A stretch of 64,000 bases of DNA from assembly GCF_002113885.1 (NCBI RefSeq), contig NW_018408710.1, forward strand, positions 491,902-555,901, in the 5' to 3' direction. The stretch is from Mizuhopecten yessoensis. Its lineage: Eukaryota. Positions 49,546 through 64,000 of the stretch are shown here, piece after piece. A model generated the notes under the pieces. The model worked only from the letters and a program-made list of their open reading frames with translations. It was not told the DNA's origin and ran no database searches. Positions within the stretch are counted from its first letter, which is position 1. Every line of letters starts with the position of its first letter. A program made the translations under genes and the position numbers.

Positions 49546-51351
49546 AAATAAATATTCTGATGTTTTATAGACGAACGTGTTTGGCGTGCTTTGTTAAATC
49601 GTTCGAAAAGTCGTGAAATTTTAATCAATACTGCTTTTCACTTTTTAGTTAAGTAGTTTTTATATATAGCATAATGCGCACGTAGAATTTGGAAAAAAAT
49701 ATAATGTGTGTGTGTGGTTTTTTGGTTTTTTTTGTATGGATATCAGGTAGCAGTGTACAGTAGCGTGGTTATGGTGGTATTTTTGTACAATGAATAACCC
49801 GTGTAATATTACATGTATCAAAATAAAATAAAATAAATCAGCACTAAAATTGGCATATACATGATGAAGTGGACTATTTGGCCTTCATAACTTAAAAATA
49901 AATTAATAAATCGAATTTGGTTTGAGACTACAGTTTTGGCCATTTACAAATCTGTGTCTACACAACAATAGCTAGCTTTGCATGTAGTCTATTTTTGTAC
50001 TATATTGAACAATGAATGATATGTTGAACGGTGGATGAAACATTGAGCAGTGGATTATACCTTGAAGAGTGAATAATACATTGAACAGAGAATGATGTAT
50101 CAAACAGTGGATGATTGATTGAACTGTGGATGATATATATGTACTAAAAGTGAATGGTATATTGAACAGTGAATTGTATAATGAACAGTGAATGATATCA
50201 TGAACAGAGGACGTTACACTGACCAATAATCTGGTATTCAAAACTATAATGAGCAGTGAATGATGATTGGATGAAACAGTTTCTTTTGAATTTGTAATAT
50301 TTAAAGTCAATCGACAATTACGTTGTTTTGGGGGAAAAAAAATAAAATAAAATACATTGAACAACAAGATGTTTATAAAACAGTGAACGACAGATCGAAA
50401 AGTGAATGGATCCTGACTATTCAAGGAAATACTGAAGGATATACTGACCAAGAACTTGAATATTAACTCATGAAGGATTTAAATTGCTTCTTTTACACGG
50501 ATGATACATGTTATATCAGCAGTTATTATACCATATAAATATACCTTACTCAGTGACGTTCTCTGCAGTTCTTGAATATCATGTCACAACAAAATCTAAG
50601 GCACACGGTAAATATATAATTGTTTTCGGGAGAAAAAAAAACCACTCGATAGGCTGATATTTTTCTGTTGATGATTAAAGAGGAGCGACATCTGACTTCA
50701 TAGCCGGTCAATTTTACCGTTTTGCTGATGCACGATTTGTTTTATGTACATCAAAGTATGTCTAAGCATGTCTAAATACCCCCTTCTTTATACTTTCAAC
50801 TCCAAAATGATATACACGCGCGCTAACATCTGGGCAAACAAGAGGTGATTTATATAAGTTGAACATTGTTTTAAAATAAATTAAGTTTATATTATAAATG
50901 ATACACATACTTAGCGGTGTTTCGGTTAACGAAAGAACAATACTGTAATACCTCAAGGTGGTCTAAAATCACCATTATCCAGAATTAATATCCAGAATTA
51001 AATTTTAGTCTCAAAATGACACACACGAAGCGATGTAAAGGGGCATATATTCTGTATGCAACCTGATAAATAATCGCTTGTCGTTCTTATGGCGTAACTT
51101 AAATCATACAGGAGTATTATTGCTGTACTTCATACAGGTCTAAACCACTTTTATCACTTAATGATACAAACGACTTTATGCGTTGTGATGGCAACACAAG
51201 TGAAACCACTGACGATGTTAATAAGACGTGATGTGGGTATCGTAAACATGCTATAAAGAATTGTGATATTTTTCTTTTGTTTCTGCAAACAAGAACGGAA
51301 GTGTTATTGTTACTACGCAACCAGACACGTTCTTCTTTGTCCAAGAGCGCC

Positions 51352-51633
51352 ATGGGTTCATTTACTTTGACGATAAAAGCGCCTCCCAATACGTTCTCTG
51401 TCTATCAAGTGAACCCTTTCGCTAGGCAATTCTCCGGAGAAGTAGGGGATGGTTTGATTGTCACAGGAGTTAGAGTGAGCGAAGTACATCAGATCATACC
51501 ATGTGTCTCCGAAACCAAACACTGGAAGTACGGCGAAGGTGGTGGGCTCCCTATTGCTAACTTACCTTATGAACCCGGATATGCTATTTTTTGGGTTTCT
51601 AATAACAGTTTTAGCAATAGCGAACATAGTTGA
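51352..51633 (+). CDS. Candidate orphan small ORF, 93 aa (MGSFTLTIKAPPNTFSVYQV...)
   Basis: gccATGg start context, TATAAA at ~51252, and higher GC than the flanks. No family recognised. Confidence 0.25.
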   Translation: MGSFTLTIKAPPNTFSVYQVNPFARQFSGEVGDGLIVTGVRVSEVHQIIPCVSETKHWKYGEGGGLPIANLPYEPGYAIFWVSNNSFSNSEHS

Positions 51634-52869
51634 AGTAGGTAGTGTACATCAGCTAACAGCACACCTGACATATAAACTTGAAGGAGTGTCCCAAAGCCAA
51701 ATGTTCACTGCGTATTACCAATTCAAGGATAACGAAATCAACAAGCTAAATGGCTACAGACATGTAAAACACAGCAAAAAAACTGTATTGCTTCACATTG
51801 CAATTTTACGGATCCCTGACCTACCACACTGTGTTTTTTTTTTTATTATACAGTAAACACCCCTTAACTTCCGCTCAGACATGAGTGTAGCAGAGTTGGG
51901 CCACGAGACCTCCTTTGACGAGGTGGTCCAATCGTAAGAGCGATAGTGTAACAATATGAAGTTCAAGGTTCAAATCCAAGTCTATCCCTGCTAAATTTTA
52001 ACACTCTTTCTCAATTTTTTTCGTGAAAGTTCTCGCGAGGTAGAGGTTTTCTTTTCTAAAATGAGTTATCAAAGCTTCAGTCGTACCGGAAAAATAATGT
52101 TGAAACGCTTGAAAAAATAATTCCAAAAGCATAGTTTCAGTTTATGGCAGTGGTGTGTGGAACCTTAATACGCAAATCTTCACAATCAGGGTTCAGCTCT
52201 CGTTACACGTGTCTTCCCTACATCCTTGGATTATGTTATGACAAATTGAAGGCTCTTTTTGCACCACCTTGTGAACGAGGACACTAGTTTGAGTCTTTTT
52301 ATGTACACCAAAAGATTCGTGCGGTTGCGAAACGGTAAAATGATCCGTCAGTGAAGTCGAGTTTCGCTCCTCTACATGTAATCTTCAAAGACAATTTCAT
52401 ACACCTAAAACCAATCAAATATTGTTTGCGAGCCTTAGATTTAATCTTTACATATTCTGAAGGTGCAGGGAATATATGTGTATCGAGTTCGGAGCTGTAG
52501 AGGTTCGAGGAGGATACGTGCGATGTTATACAGGATGCTGTATGACATAGCATATCAAGAACTTCCCCTTTGCTGTTAAGTTTGTTAAGAATGAGTTCAT
52601 TTAAAAAAAACAACAACATAACGTTATTGTTCGGTTAATGTTTTCGGAAAGCAATTTGGTGATTAGTCAGAAATAATCAGTAACAATGTTCCGAAGAATA
52701 TATAACGTTCATAAGAAATCGAAGAGTAGTTATAAAAAGAGAAATATGCCTTTATTATGTGTCACAGACAAATGCAGCCGGATTTATCTCGGAGTGTTAT
52801 TTATTATTGCCATCCTTAATGTAGTAAATTAAGGTTTTAGTACACTAAGTGTCGCCTCCCTAACCTAAG

Positions 52870-54200
52870 TGTTACAAAGGAAGTGTTTGTTACAATAAGG
52901 GTTATTTACAAAGTAAGTGTTTGTTACAATAAGGGTTATTTACAAAGTAAGTGTTTGTTACAATAAGGGTTATTTACAAAGTAAGTTTTTGTAACAATAA
53001 GGGTTATTTATAAAGTAAGTGTTTGTTACAATAAGGGTTGTTTACAAAGTAAGTGTTTGTTACAATAAAGGTTATTTACAAAGTAAGTTTTTGCAACAAT
53101 AAGGGTTATTTATAAAGTAAGTGTTGTTACAATAAGGGGTATTTATAAAGTAAGTGTTGTTTCAACAAGGGGTATTTACAAAGTAAGTGTTCGTTACAAT
53201 AAGGGTTATTTTCAAAGTAAGTGTTTGTTACAATAAGGTTTATTTACAAAGTAAGTGTTCGTTACAATAAGGGATATTTACAAAGTAAGTGTTTCTTACA
53301 ATAAGGGTTATTTATATAGTAAATGTTTGTTACAATAAGGGTAATTTATAAAGTAAGTGTTTGTTACAATAAGGGGTATTTACAAAGTAAGTGTTCGTTA
53401 CAATAAGGGTTATTTTCAAAGTAAGTGTTTGTTACAATAAAGGTTATTTACAAAGTAAGTTTTTGTAACAATAAGGGTTATTTATAAAGTAAGTGTTGTT
53501 TCAACAAGGGGTATTTACAAAGTAAGTGTTCGTTACAATAAGGGTTATTTTCAAAGTAAGTGTTTGTTACAATAAAGGTTATTTACAAAGTAAGTTTTTG
53601 TAACAATAAGGGTTATTTATATAGTAAATGTTTGTTACAATAAGGGTTATCTACAATGTAAGTGTTTGTTACAATAAGGGTTATTTACAAAGTAAGTGTT
53701 CGTTACAATAAGGGTTATTTACAATCTAAGTGTTTGTTACAATAAGGGTTATTTACAAAGTAAGTGTTTGTTACAATAAGGGTTATTTATAAAGTAAGTG
53801 TTTGTTACAATAAGGGTTATTTATATAGTTAGTGTTTGTTACAATAAGGGTTATTTATAAAGTAAGTGTTTGTTACAATAAGGGTTATTTACAATGTAAG
53901 TGTTTGTTACAATAAGGGTTATTTACAAAGTAAGTGTTTGTTACAATAAGGGTTATTTACAAAATAAGTGTTTGTTACAATAAGGGTTATTTATAAAGTA
54001 AGTTTTTGTTACAATAAGGGTTATTTATAAAGTAAGTGTTTGTTACAATAAGGGTTATTTATAAAGTTAGTTTTTGTTACAATAAGGGTTATTTACAAAG
54101 TAAGTTTTTGTTACAATAAGGGTTATTTACAAAGTAAGTGTTTGTTACAATAAGGGTTATTTACAAAGTAAGTGTTTATTACAATAAGGATTGTTTATAA
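52870..54200. repeat. 34-bp satellite, ~39 copies
   Basis: Unit gtaagtgtttgttacaataagggttatttacaaa. Confidence 0.95.
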
Positions 54201-56327
54201 CGTATATTGACGCAGCTTGGGGTCATCACTGCAGCAAATTCCGATAGCATTAAACTAAGTGTTATATCTATAACCGCAAACTATTGTGTAATAAAACAAA
54301 TTGATGTTGGTATATTCCAGAACATGTTTAATTACGCGCCCGCAAAGCTCGAGTGATATATATATAGGTATTTTCTGACATACGAAAAATTACTTCTGAG
54401 TACATTTTAAACTATCTACAAAAACAAGGGTCTAGGTCTTTTATGTTTTCACAAATGACTGACATGGGAGGAAACATCAATCTACATCTAGATCTTCACG
54501 ACGTCATTAATTCAAACTACTTATGTCTTCCTTGACGTCGGAACATGGGCAGATGTAGACTATGGCAGACTTCTATTCGAGTTCCCAATGCCATATTCAT
54601 CTAAAGGACTCGTTCATTCTGTGCGATTATACTGTAGTGGTGATGGGGTACAATAAAATTGGGCGATACTTTACTGTCTTTACATTGTAAGTTTTATTTT
54701 CAAAAAGAATGTGTTTAATGATCTTTGGGTAATATTTCGATGATATGAACCGTTTTGTGAACAATTTTCTAAAGAGAATATTTTGATTTTTCTTTCCTTT
54801 TAAATATGTGTGTACAATTTACTTTAGGGAATATTTGGAATCCCAGGGGATGCATAATTTGAAATATTGAAATCACCGATTCACCGATTTTAGCTTATTT
54901 AGACAGTCGGCTAGCGTGGCTCCTTACATCCGATTCCAGATATGGCTGTACCTTTATACAAAGACTACATTCGTTGTATCACACATGCACGCTGCAAATA
55001 ATATCAATACTATCAACAATCAGGGCCTAATCGGTAACTGTTTCAGATTGAATTTAAGCAGATACAGCTCTCCGAGATTGTTGTCGTAACGAGTATTTAC
55101 TGTAATTGAAAGGAGGGGTGCCAATTTTGGCCTTCTGGTGGCTATCACCGATACGTTTCATTATTTTTGTATATACAATGTACATACGTTTGGGTTATGC
55201 CATCATGATATGACATGAAATTAAGTTCAGCTTGGAGACCATTCCGGGATATGAGGAGGTAAAGTGGGGGACCAAAAATCACGAATGGTCTCATTTTGAC
55301 AAAACTACATGTTATTTTTTGAAAGTTTTTTCATAATTTTGATGTATTGTGTAACACTAAAGCTGAAAGTAATAAAATGGCCGAAATAAGTAGCACATAG
55401 TTGATAAGTAGAACACTATGACCTTGTTATATATTGGCTTAATTATGTCAACAACTCTTACTTTTTTGTGCCTAAATACATAATAGAACCATACACTAAT
55501 CTTTATTTCAAATACAACTGTAACCGGGGTTTAATGGTACTGTTTGGATAATTACTTGCTTGAGCATCTAGCAGAGTTAGTAATTAAAATGTTGTTGTGA
55601 GGAATCTAATACAAACGAGGCAGGTCCTTATCCTTAACTTTAAGTGGTATTCGAAAAGATTGTAATAACAAAACATGATCTGCTGGAAATTTGTCTTTTG
55701 AAGAAATGGAAAAATGTATACGTAGGATTCCTTGCTTATCAAGCAATACAAGTTCGTTTTTCGAGTAAATCTAATAGAGTTGCTGAGAAAGTTTATGTTA
55801 ATAGACGCTTTGTTTGAAGACACACCACATTTCAATACTTTTCATATATCTTATCGTGTAGATAGTTGAGCAACTCGTCACATCCCGTCAGATTCCGTAC
55901 CAACATCTGAAGGGTACCGGAATCAGCCGAGGTTAGTCGAATGATAGTTGAGTGTGGATGGATATTGAGTTAAATATAGACTTGCTTTGTTTTCATTTCG
56001 GATTTCAATAATTTTTGACAAGATAATAAAGACATAATGCTCAGGAGTTTGTTTCGATCTTTTACCTCATTTTTAGACCATGACCGAGGCTGTTTAATCA
56101 GCTGTTAAAATATACTCCTGACAAAAAAATGTGTGCAGCAGATTGACTGACAATGCAATACTACAAGAAAGGCATTTACAATGAAACATAGTATTATATT
56201 TTGAATTCTTTTATTTCACTTCCTCTCATAGCATCTGGTATCTCAAGACTAATACATACCAATACACATTTGATAAAATTGCGTAATAAAGCACCAACTA
56301 TACCAACTTGTCGATAGGAACACAATT

Positions 56328-56921
56328 TGTAGATACTAGAATCAGTCCCATTAACGTTAGGGACGTTGATACTATAGGACCAGTCCTGTTAGGGATGTAG
56401 ATACTATAGAATCAGTCCTGTTAGTGATGTAGATACTATAGAATCAATCCTGTTAGGGATGTAGATAATATAGAACTAGTCCTGTTAGGGACATATATAC
56501 TATAGGACTAGTCTTATTAAGGACGTAGAAACTATAGGGTAAATCCTGTTAGAGACGTAAAAATAATATATGATCAGTCCTGTAAGGGACGTATCGTAGA
56601 TACTATAGTATCAATCCTGTTAGGGACGTGGATACTATATGATCAGTCCTGTTAGGGACGTGGATCATGATCAGTCCTGTAAGTGACGTATAGATATATA
56701 TACGATCAGTCCTGTTAGGGACGTAGATTTTATACGATCAGTCCTGTTAGGGACGTAGATTTTATACGATCAGTCCTGTTAGGGACGTAGATTTTATACG
56801 ATCAGTCCTGAGAGGGACGCAGATTTTATACGATCAGTCCTGTTAGGGACGTAGATTTTATACAATCAGTCCTGAGAGGGACGCAGATTTTATACGATCA
56901 GTCCTGAGAGGGACGCAGATG
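56328..56921. repeat. 32-bp minisatellite
   Basis: Unit gatcagtcctgttagggacgtagattttatac. Confidence 0.92.
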
Positions 56922-58067
56922 TAAGATTTGCTTGACATGGAAATCAAGGTCGATTAATAGAATAGGAACATATATGTGCTTAACAGACTGCGAGCTATAT
57001 CCTGGCTAGCTAATATATGTCTGTTATGAGGTAGACTAGCTGCTTTCTCATACAAACTTGCAAATTAGTACCAATGATAAGTACATGTAATAATTGGTAC
57101 AAAACAAAGAGGGGTTTCTGTATACCAAGGTCAACCTTTAACCACTATTGGTACTACTGCTGAAAGCATTATTTTCACAGGTTAACAGACGATGGTTTGT
57201 TATTATGATCATCTCGATCAATATGGTTAGTAAATTTTCAACTTGTAAAAGATGCTCATCTTTGAACAGTTTGAAGATCACATCCTCTATTTAGACACAT
57301 GACAACCACTCTATTGTAAGAATAATAAAGATAATACAAACTAGTTACAGTAACATATCAGAATAAGTGTCACAAATAAACTGTCAAACATTTTAGCATA
57401 CAATTACATGTATATGCAAGTCCACAAACGCACTTAGTATTTTTAACATACAGCTTACCGGTATTTCTTTTTTCAAAAAGAATTTAATATCTTTGGTACA
57501 GCCAGAGTGCTCTGAAGACGGAACATAGAACTATTACATTTATATAAGTCAGGGATGTATAGTGAATAGTGTACAAGTATAACTAGTACATTTATATCGG
57601 TAAATGCAACAATAAAACAAACATGCAAAACAATTTTCAGATCAAGTTTTCAGTATATCTGCAAGAAGACACAAAAAACATGACATTGTTGCTTGTACTT
57701 TTGTGCGACAATATACTTTCAATAATAAATTTATTAAAGTTTCAGTTAAATATCTGACTTATAAACAGATGACCTTTCCATATGTCATGGCTTCAAATAA
57801 ATATCAAACATATTCTGCAACATCTTCCAAATATGGTATGTTGTACCGTAAAATGGTACGCATTTTCAAGATTATATATCTATAGTTATATTTTGATGCT
57901 GTTCAAAAAAATTACAAGTCTTCAATACAAAGCATTGCAAGCGATTTGTATTCAACAAAACATGAACTCTTTAAGTGAAGCACTTCTTGAAATAAATTAA
58001 CATCAGTGGTTTTTGTATATTTTTCCTCTGGCGAGTCCTGCACATCCTGTTCTATGACATAAATGGG

Positions 58068-60218
58068 TAGGGCTGTAACGATACACCGCGGTGCACCGAA
58101 AACCGCGCTAAATTGCTTCGGTTCGGTTTACGGTATATTTTTCCGTGTTTCGGTTCGGTTCGGTTTTTAGTATTACATGACTTCCGGAATTTAACCACAC
58201 GTGTGTAACGTAAACATTTATTCTCCAGCGTCACCTACGATGATAATAAAGGTTTTGAAGGGTTTGTCACCGGTGATGAGGAAATACTACGGTGTAACAT
58301 AATATGTAATTTTCCAATGAACGGCTTTAATTTTGTGCCCTACGCAAACAGAAACATATCGGCGGACCGAGGTGCACATGTCGTCTGCAGGTGAGGCCGA
58401 TTTAAACATTGACATTGATACGTTTTGAGCCGATTGATTTCTTCAAACTATATATCGATGATTTAATCATAAACTAGACCGTAGCTAATATATATCTATA
58501 TGCCGACTGTGACAGTAAATATATTGAATGACGACTTGAAACCTGTAGCAAAACACATGCAATTCTTGATAAAATACCTGACCTTTTTACCTGATAATCT
58601 CCGTGTAAATGTACAGCGTCTTATGTCATAAATGAAATTTAGAATCTCTGTTATCATTTGCCAGTCACATTTGCTGACAAAAATAATTTTAAAATTATCT
58701 TTATGGTGCTTAAATCCGATTAATTAAAAGTTTCACCTGTACAGGTAAACACTGAAGCACTTTAGAATTGAAAACGTTAATGTAAACTAGAGACAATAAC
58801 GAACAATTTTCATATAACTTTCATTCACACATAACATATATATTTCAAGTTATGCACATTTGAAATATCAAGTAAATTAATTTATATTTCAACAAGAGTC
58901 CCAATGGGCCTGCATCGCTCACCTGGTATAAATCTCACACTTGTAACCTTAAAAGTGATCTAAAATAAAGCTACAGGCAAAATATCAGTATTTATGATTA
59001 AAATTCATTAAAAAGACCCTGTGAATTTTTTTTAAAACATTTCACCCCTGTGATTGAAAGTCGAACAAAGTCATTATGTTGAACAAATTTTATAGCCTTT
59101 CATCTCAGGATGCAACTTGCAAAGTATCGACATCCTGGGACCCATGGTTATTCAGAAGAGGTCGTTTAAAGATTTTAAACAAATTTGACCCCTGTGACCT
59201 TGAATATGGGTGAAGGTCATTTATTTGAACAAACTTTGTAGCCCTTCATCTCAGCATGCATCTGGCCAAATATCATTACCCTGGGCATTTTGGTTTTTGA
59301 GAAGAAGTTGTTTAAAAGTTATTAACATATTTGACCCCTGTGACCTTGAATATGAGAGAAGGTCATTCATTTGGACAACCTTTGTAGCCCTTCATCTCAG
59401 CATGCATCTGCCCAAATATCATCACCCTGGGCATTTTGGTTTTTGAGAAGAAGTTGTTTAAAAGTTTTTAACATATTTGACCCCTGTGACCTTGAATATG
59501 GGAGAAGGTCATTCATTTGTACAACCTTTGTAGCCCTTCATCTCAGCATGCATCTGGCCAAATATCATCACCCTGGGCATTTTGGTTATTGAGAAGAAGT
59601 TGTTTAAAGTTTTTAACATATTTGACCCCTGTGACCTTGAATATGAGTGAAGGTCATTCATTTGAACAAAATTTGTAGCCCTTCACCCAAGCATGCTACT
59701 GGTTAAATATCATCTCCCTGGGCAGTTTGGTTATCGAGAAGAAGATGTTTAAAGTTTTTAACATATTTGACCCCTGTGACCTTGAAAATGGGTGAAAGTC
59801 ATTAATTTTAACAAACATTGTAGCCCTTCATCCCAGTTTGCTTCTGACCAAATATCAACACCCTAGGCCTTTCGGTTATTAAGAAGAAGTCGTTTAAAGT
59901 AAAATATTCACACCGGACGACGGACGGACGCTGCGCCACGGCATAAGCTCACTTGGCACTTCGTGCCAGGGGAGCTAATAATTAATTCAGCAGTGGTGTC
60001 CCTTTACATAATGTACAATCAATGTAGCAGCACTCTCCACTTGCCGCATATATTTCGTAGCTTTAAGTTACAAGTCGGGGAACACATCAAACATGGCGAC
60101 GCATTTGAAGAGGAAGCATAACATTTCGGCATCCTGTATCGTATCAAAATTTATCGTATCGTGGGAAGATATCGTGATACGTATCGTATCGTGACATAGG
60201 TGTATCGTTACAGCCCTA
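58068..60218. mobile_element. Non-autonomous hAT DNA transposon
   Basis: Perfect 20-bp TIRs TAGGGCTGTAACGATACACC / GGTGTATCGTTACAGCCCTA, an 8-bp TSD TAAATGGG (58060-58067, 60219-60226), and subterminal CGGTT and GTATC repeats. Confidence 0.9.
58891..59980 (+). mobile_element. HINE-like element with a ~146-bp satellite core, nested inside the hAT element
   Basis: Starts aacaagagtcccaatgggcc...gctcacctgg. The motif tttgacccctgtgaccttg recurs every 145-146 bp (5-6 units). (GACG)n precedes the terminal hairpin agctcacttggcacttcgtgccaggggagct. Confidence 0.75.
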
Positions 60219-60849
60219 TAAATGGGGTTCCACAGGGAAAGCATGAGTCCAAGCAATTGCTATAAACATGATAATGACCTAATCATACAATTTAAATTGA
60301 TAATGCAAAAACAATATATACTTTCAATGACATGACATGTACATGTATATACTATTAAACAGGCAGAGAGAAGATTTTCTATAAGCTAGAGATACTGAAG
60401 AGTATGAATCTAATGGGATTACAAGCTTTCAATTAAATAGGTTAAGATGACAATTTCGTTAACTTGTCGAGGGTAAAAATAAGGATACATGTGTAAAAAG
60501 AACATTCAATACACACACTCCATACACCCTCCTCATATCTACCATTGCGAGAGTTTTTATGAGCAACAATTTTCAAATTAAAATACCATTCACCTTAAAT
60601 AAGAAGTATGCAACAGAACAAACAAACAGCAACAAATAGAAACCCATTTCTTTTTTCCAAATAAATATAGAAATGCATAAATGTAGAATAAAACCCCATC
60701 TTCATGACTTAACGTACGACAGAAATAAAATGTACTATCATGGTTTATGTATATCAAATACACCTGAAGATGTGCAGAGAAATATATTATACCACACATT
60801 ACAACATTTTTGTTGCATTTGTTTATCAATATAGATTAACAGACACGGT

Positions 60850-61105
60850 TTGCATACTAGGGCTCCAATGAGTAGTAACATATCAGGTCACATACTGAGT
60901 CTTCTGGAGAAACCACTGAAGCACTAGGGCTGCATTATGGGAATAACTTGTCAGGTGATTTCAGAGTCTTCTGGAGAAACCACTGAAGCACTAGGGCTGC
61001 ATTATGGGAATAACTTGTCAGGTGATTTCAGAGTCTTCTGGAGAAACCACTGGTGCACTAGGGATTCGTTAAGGGAATAACTTTCTGATTTTCTGAGACT
61101 TCTGT
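60850..61105. repeat. 67-bp tandem repeat just downstream of the RTCB stop codon
   Basis: gagtcttctggagaaaccactg starts at 60897, 60964 and 61031. Confidence 0.88.
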
Positions 61106-61151
61106 AGCAAGTGTCTACTGTCCATATTATTTCAGTCACCATGGGAAAATT

Positions 61152-63740
<2,589 letters not shown>

Positions 63741-64000
63741 CTAAAAATACATAAAAACAATAAATGTCTTTAACTTGTTCACCCCTGAACTTTCATAATA
63801 AACTATGCCAACCTTTGAATTGGAAGAGTTAAAATGTGTCTTCAGGGGTGAATGAGTTAAGATTAATATTAAAATGCATTTTGTATAAAATTATGTCTAG
63901 ATCAAGTGTAAGCTATATACTTTAATATTTTATTTGTCATATAATTATGAAATGTCACTGAATTGAAATACACTGTATTTCTACCATTATTGATAATTTA

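Noticed and set aside
51895-51945. HDV-like ribozyme (GGGCCAC/GTGGTCC stem)
   Set aside because: No adequate P2, P1.1 or J4/2 elements could be placed.
52870-56921. CRISPR-like 32-34-bp repeats
   Set aside because: The repeats are head-to-tail with no unique spacers, there are no cas genes, and the context is eukaryotic.

Overview
This is eukaryotic, AT-rich, intron-containing genomic DNA. Its repeat families (Helentron/HINE-like satellite carriers, V- and Nin-type SINEs) suggest a bivalve mollusc, which is an inference. The left 36 kb holds three tandem copies of a ~12.8-13.7 kb duplication unit. Each carries a minus-strand TRIM gene (RING, two B-boxes, coiled coil, NHL-like beta-propeller) with a single coding exon and an inferred non-coding first exon. 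Copy 1 has a 1-bp frameshift and runs off the window start; copies 2 and 3 are intact and differ most in the propeller. Next is an 8-exon TRIM gene (RING, B-box, coiled coil, FN3, PRY/SPRY; ~698 aa), assembled from splice sites the ORF track misses. At 49-52 kb lie an unexplained, highly structured ~530-nt non-coding segment and some orphan ORFs. The right end holds the last five coding exons of the RNA ligase gene RTCB. The intervening DNA is dense with satellites and transposon remnants (Penelope-like, I-clade and L1-like LINEs, SINEs, a hAT element, HINE-like elements, palindromic MITEs). An N gap lies at 19423-19516, with single Ns at 5580 and 21133. All alignments and counts were done by eye.
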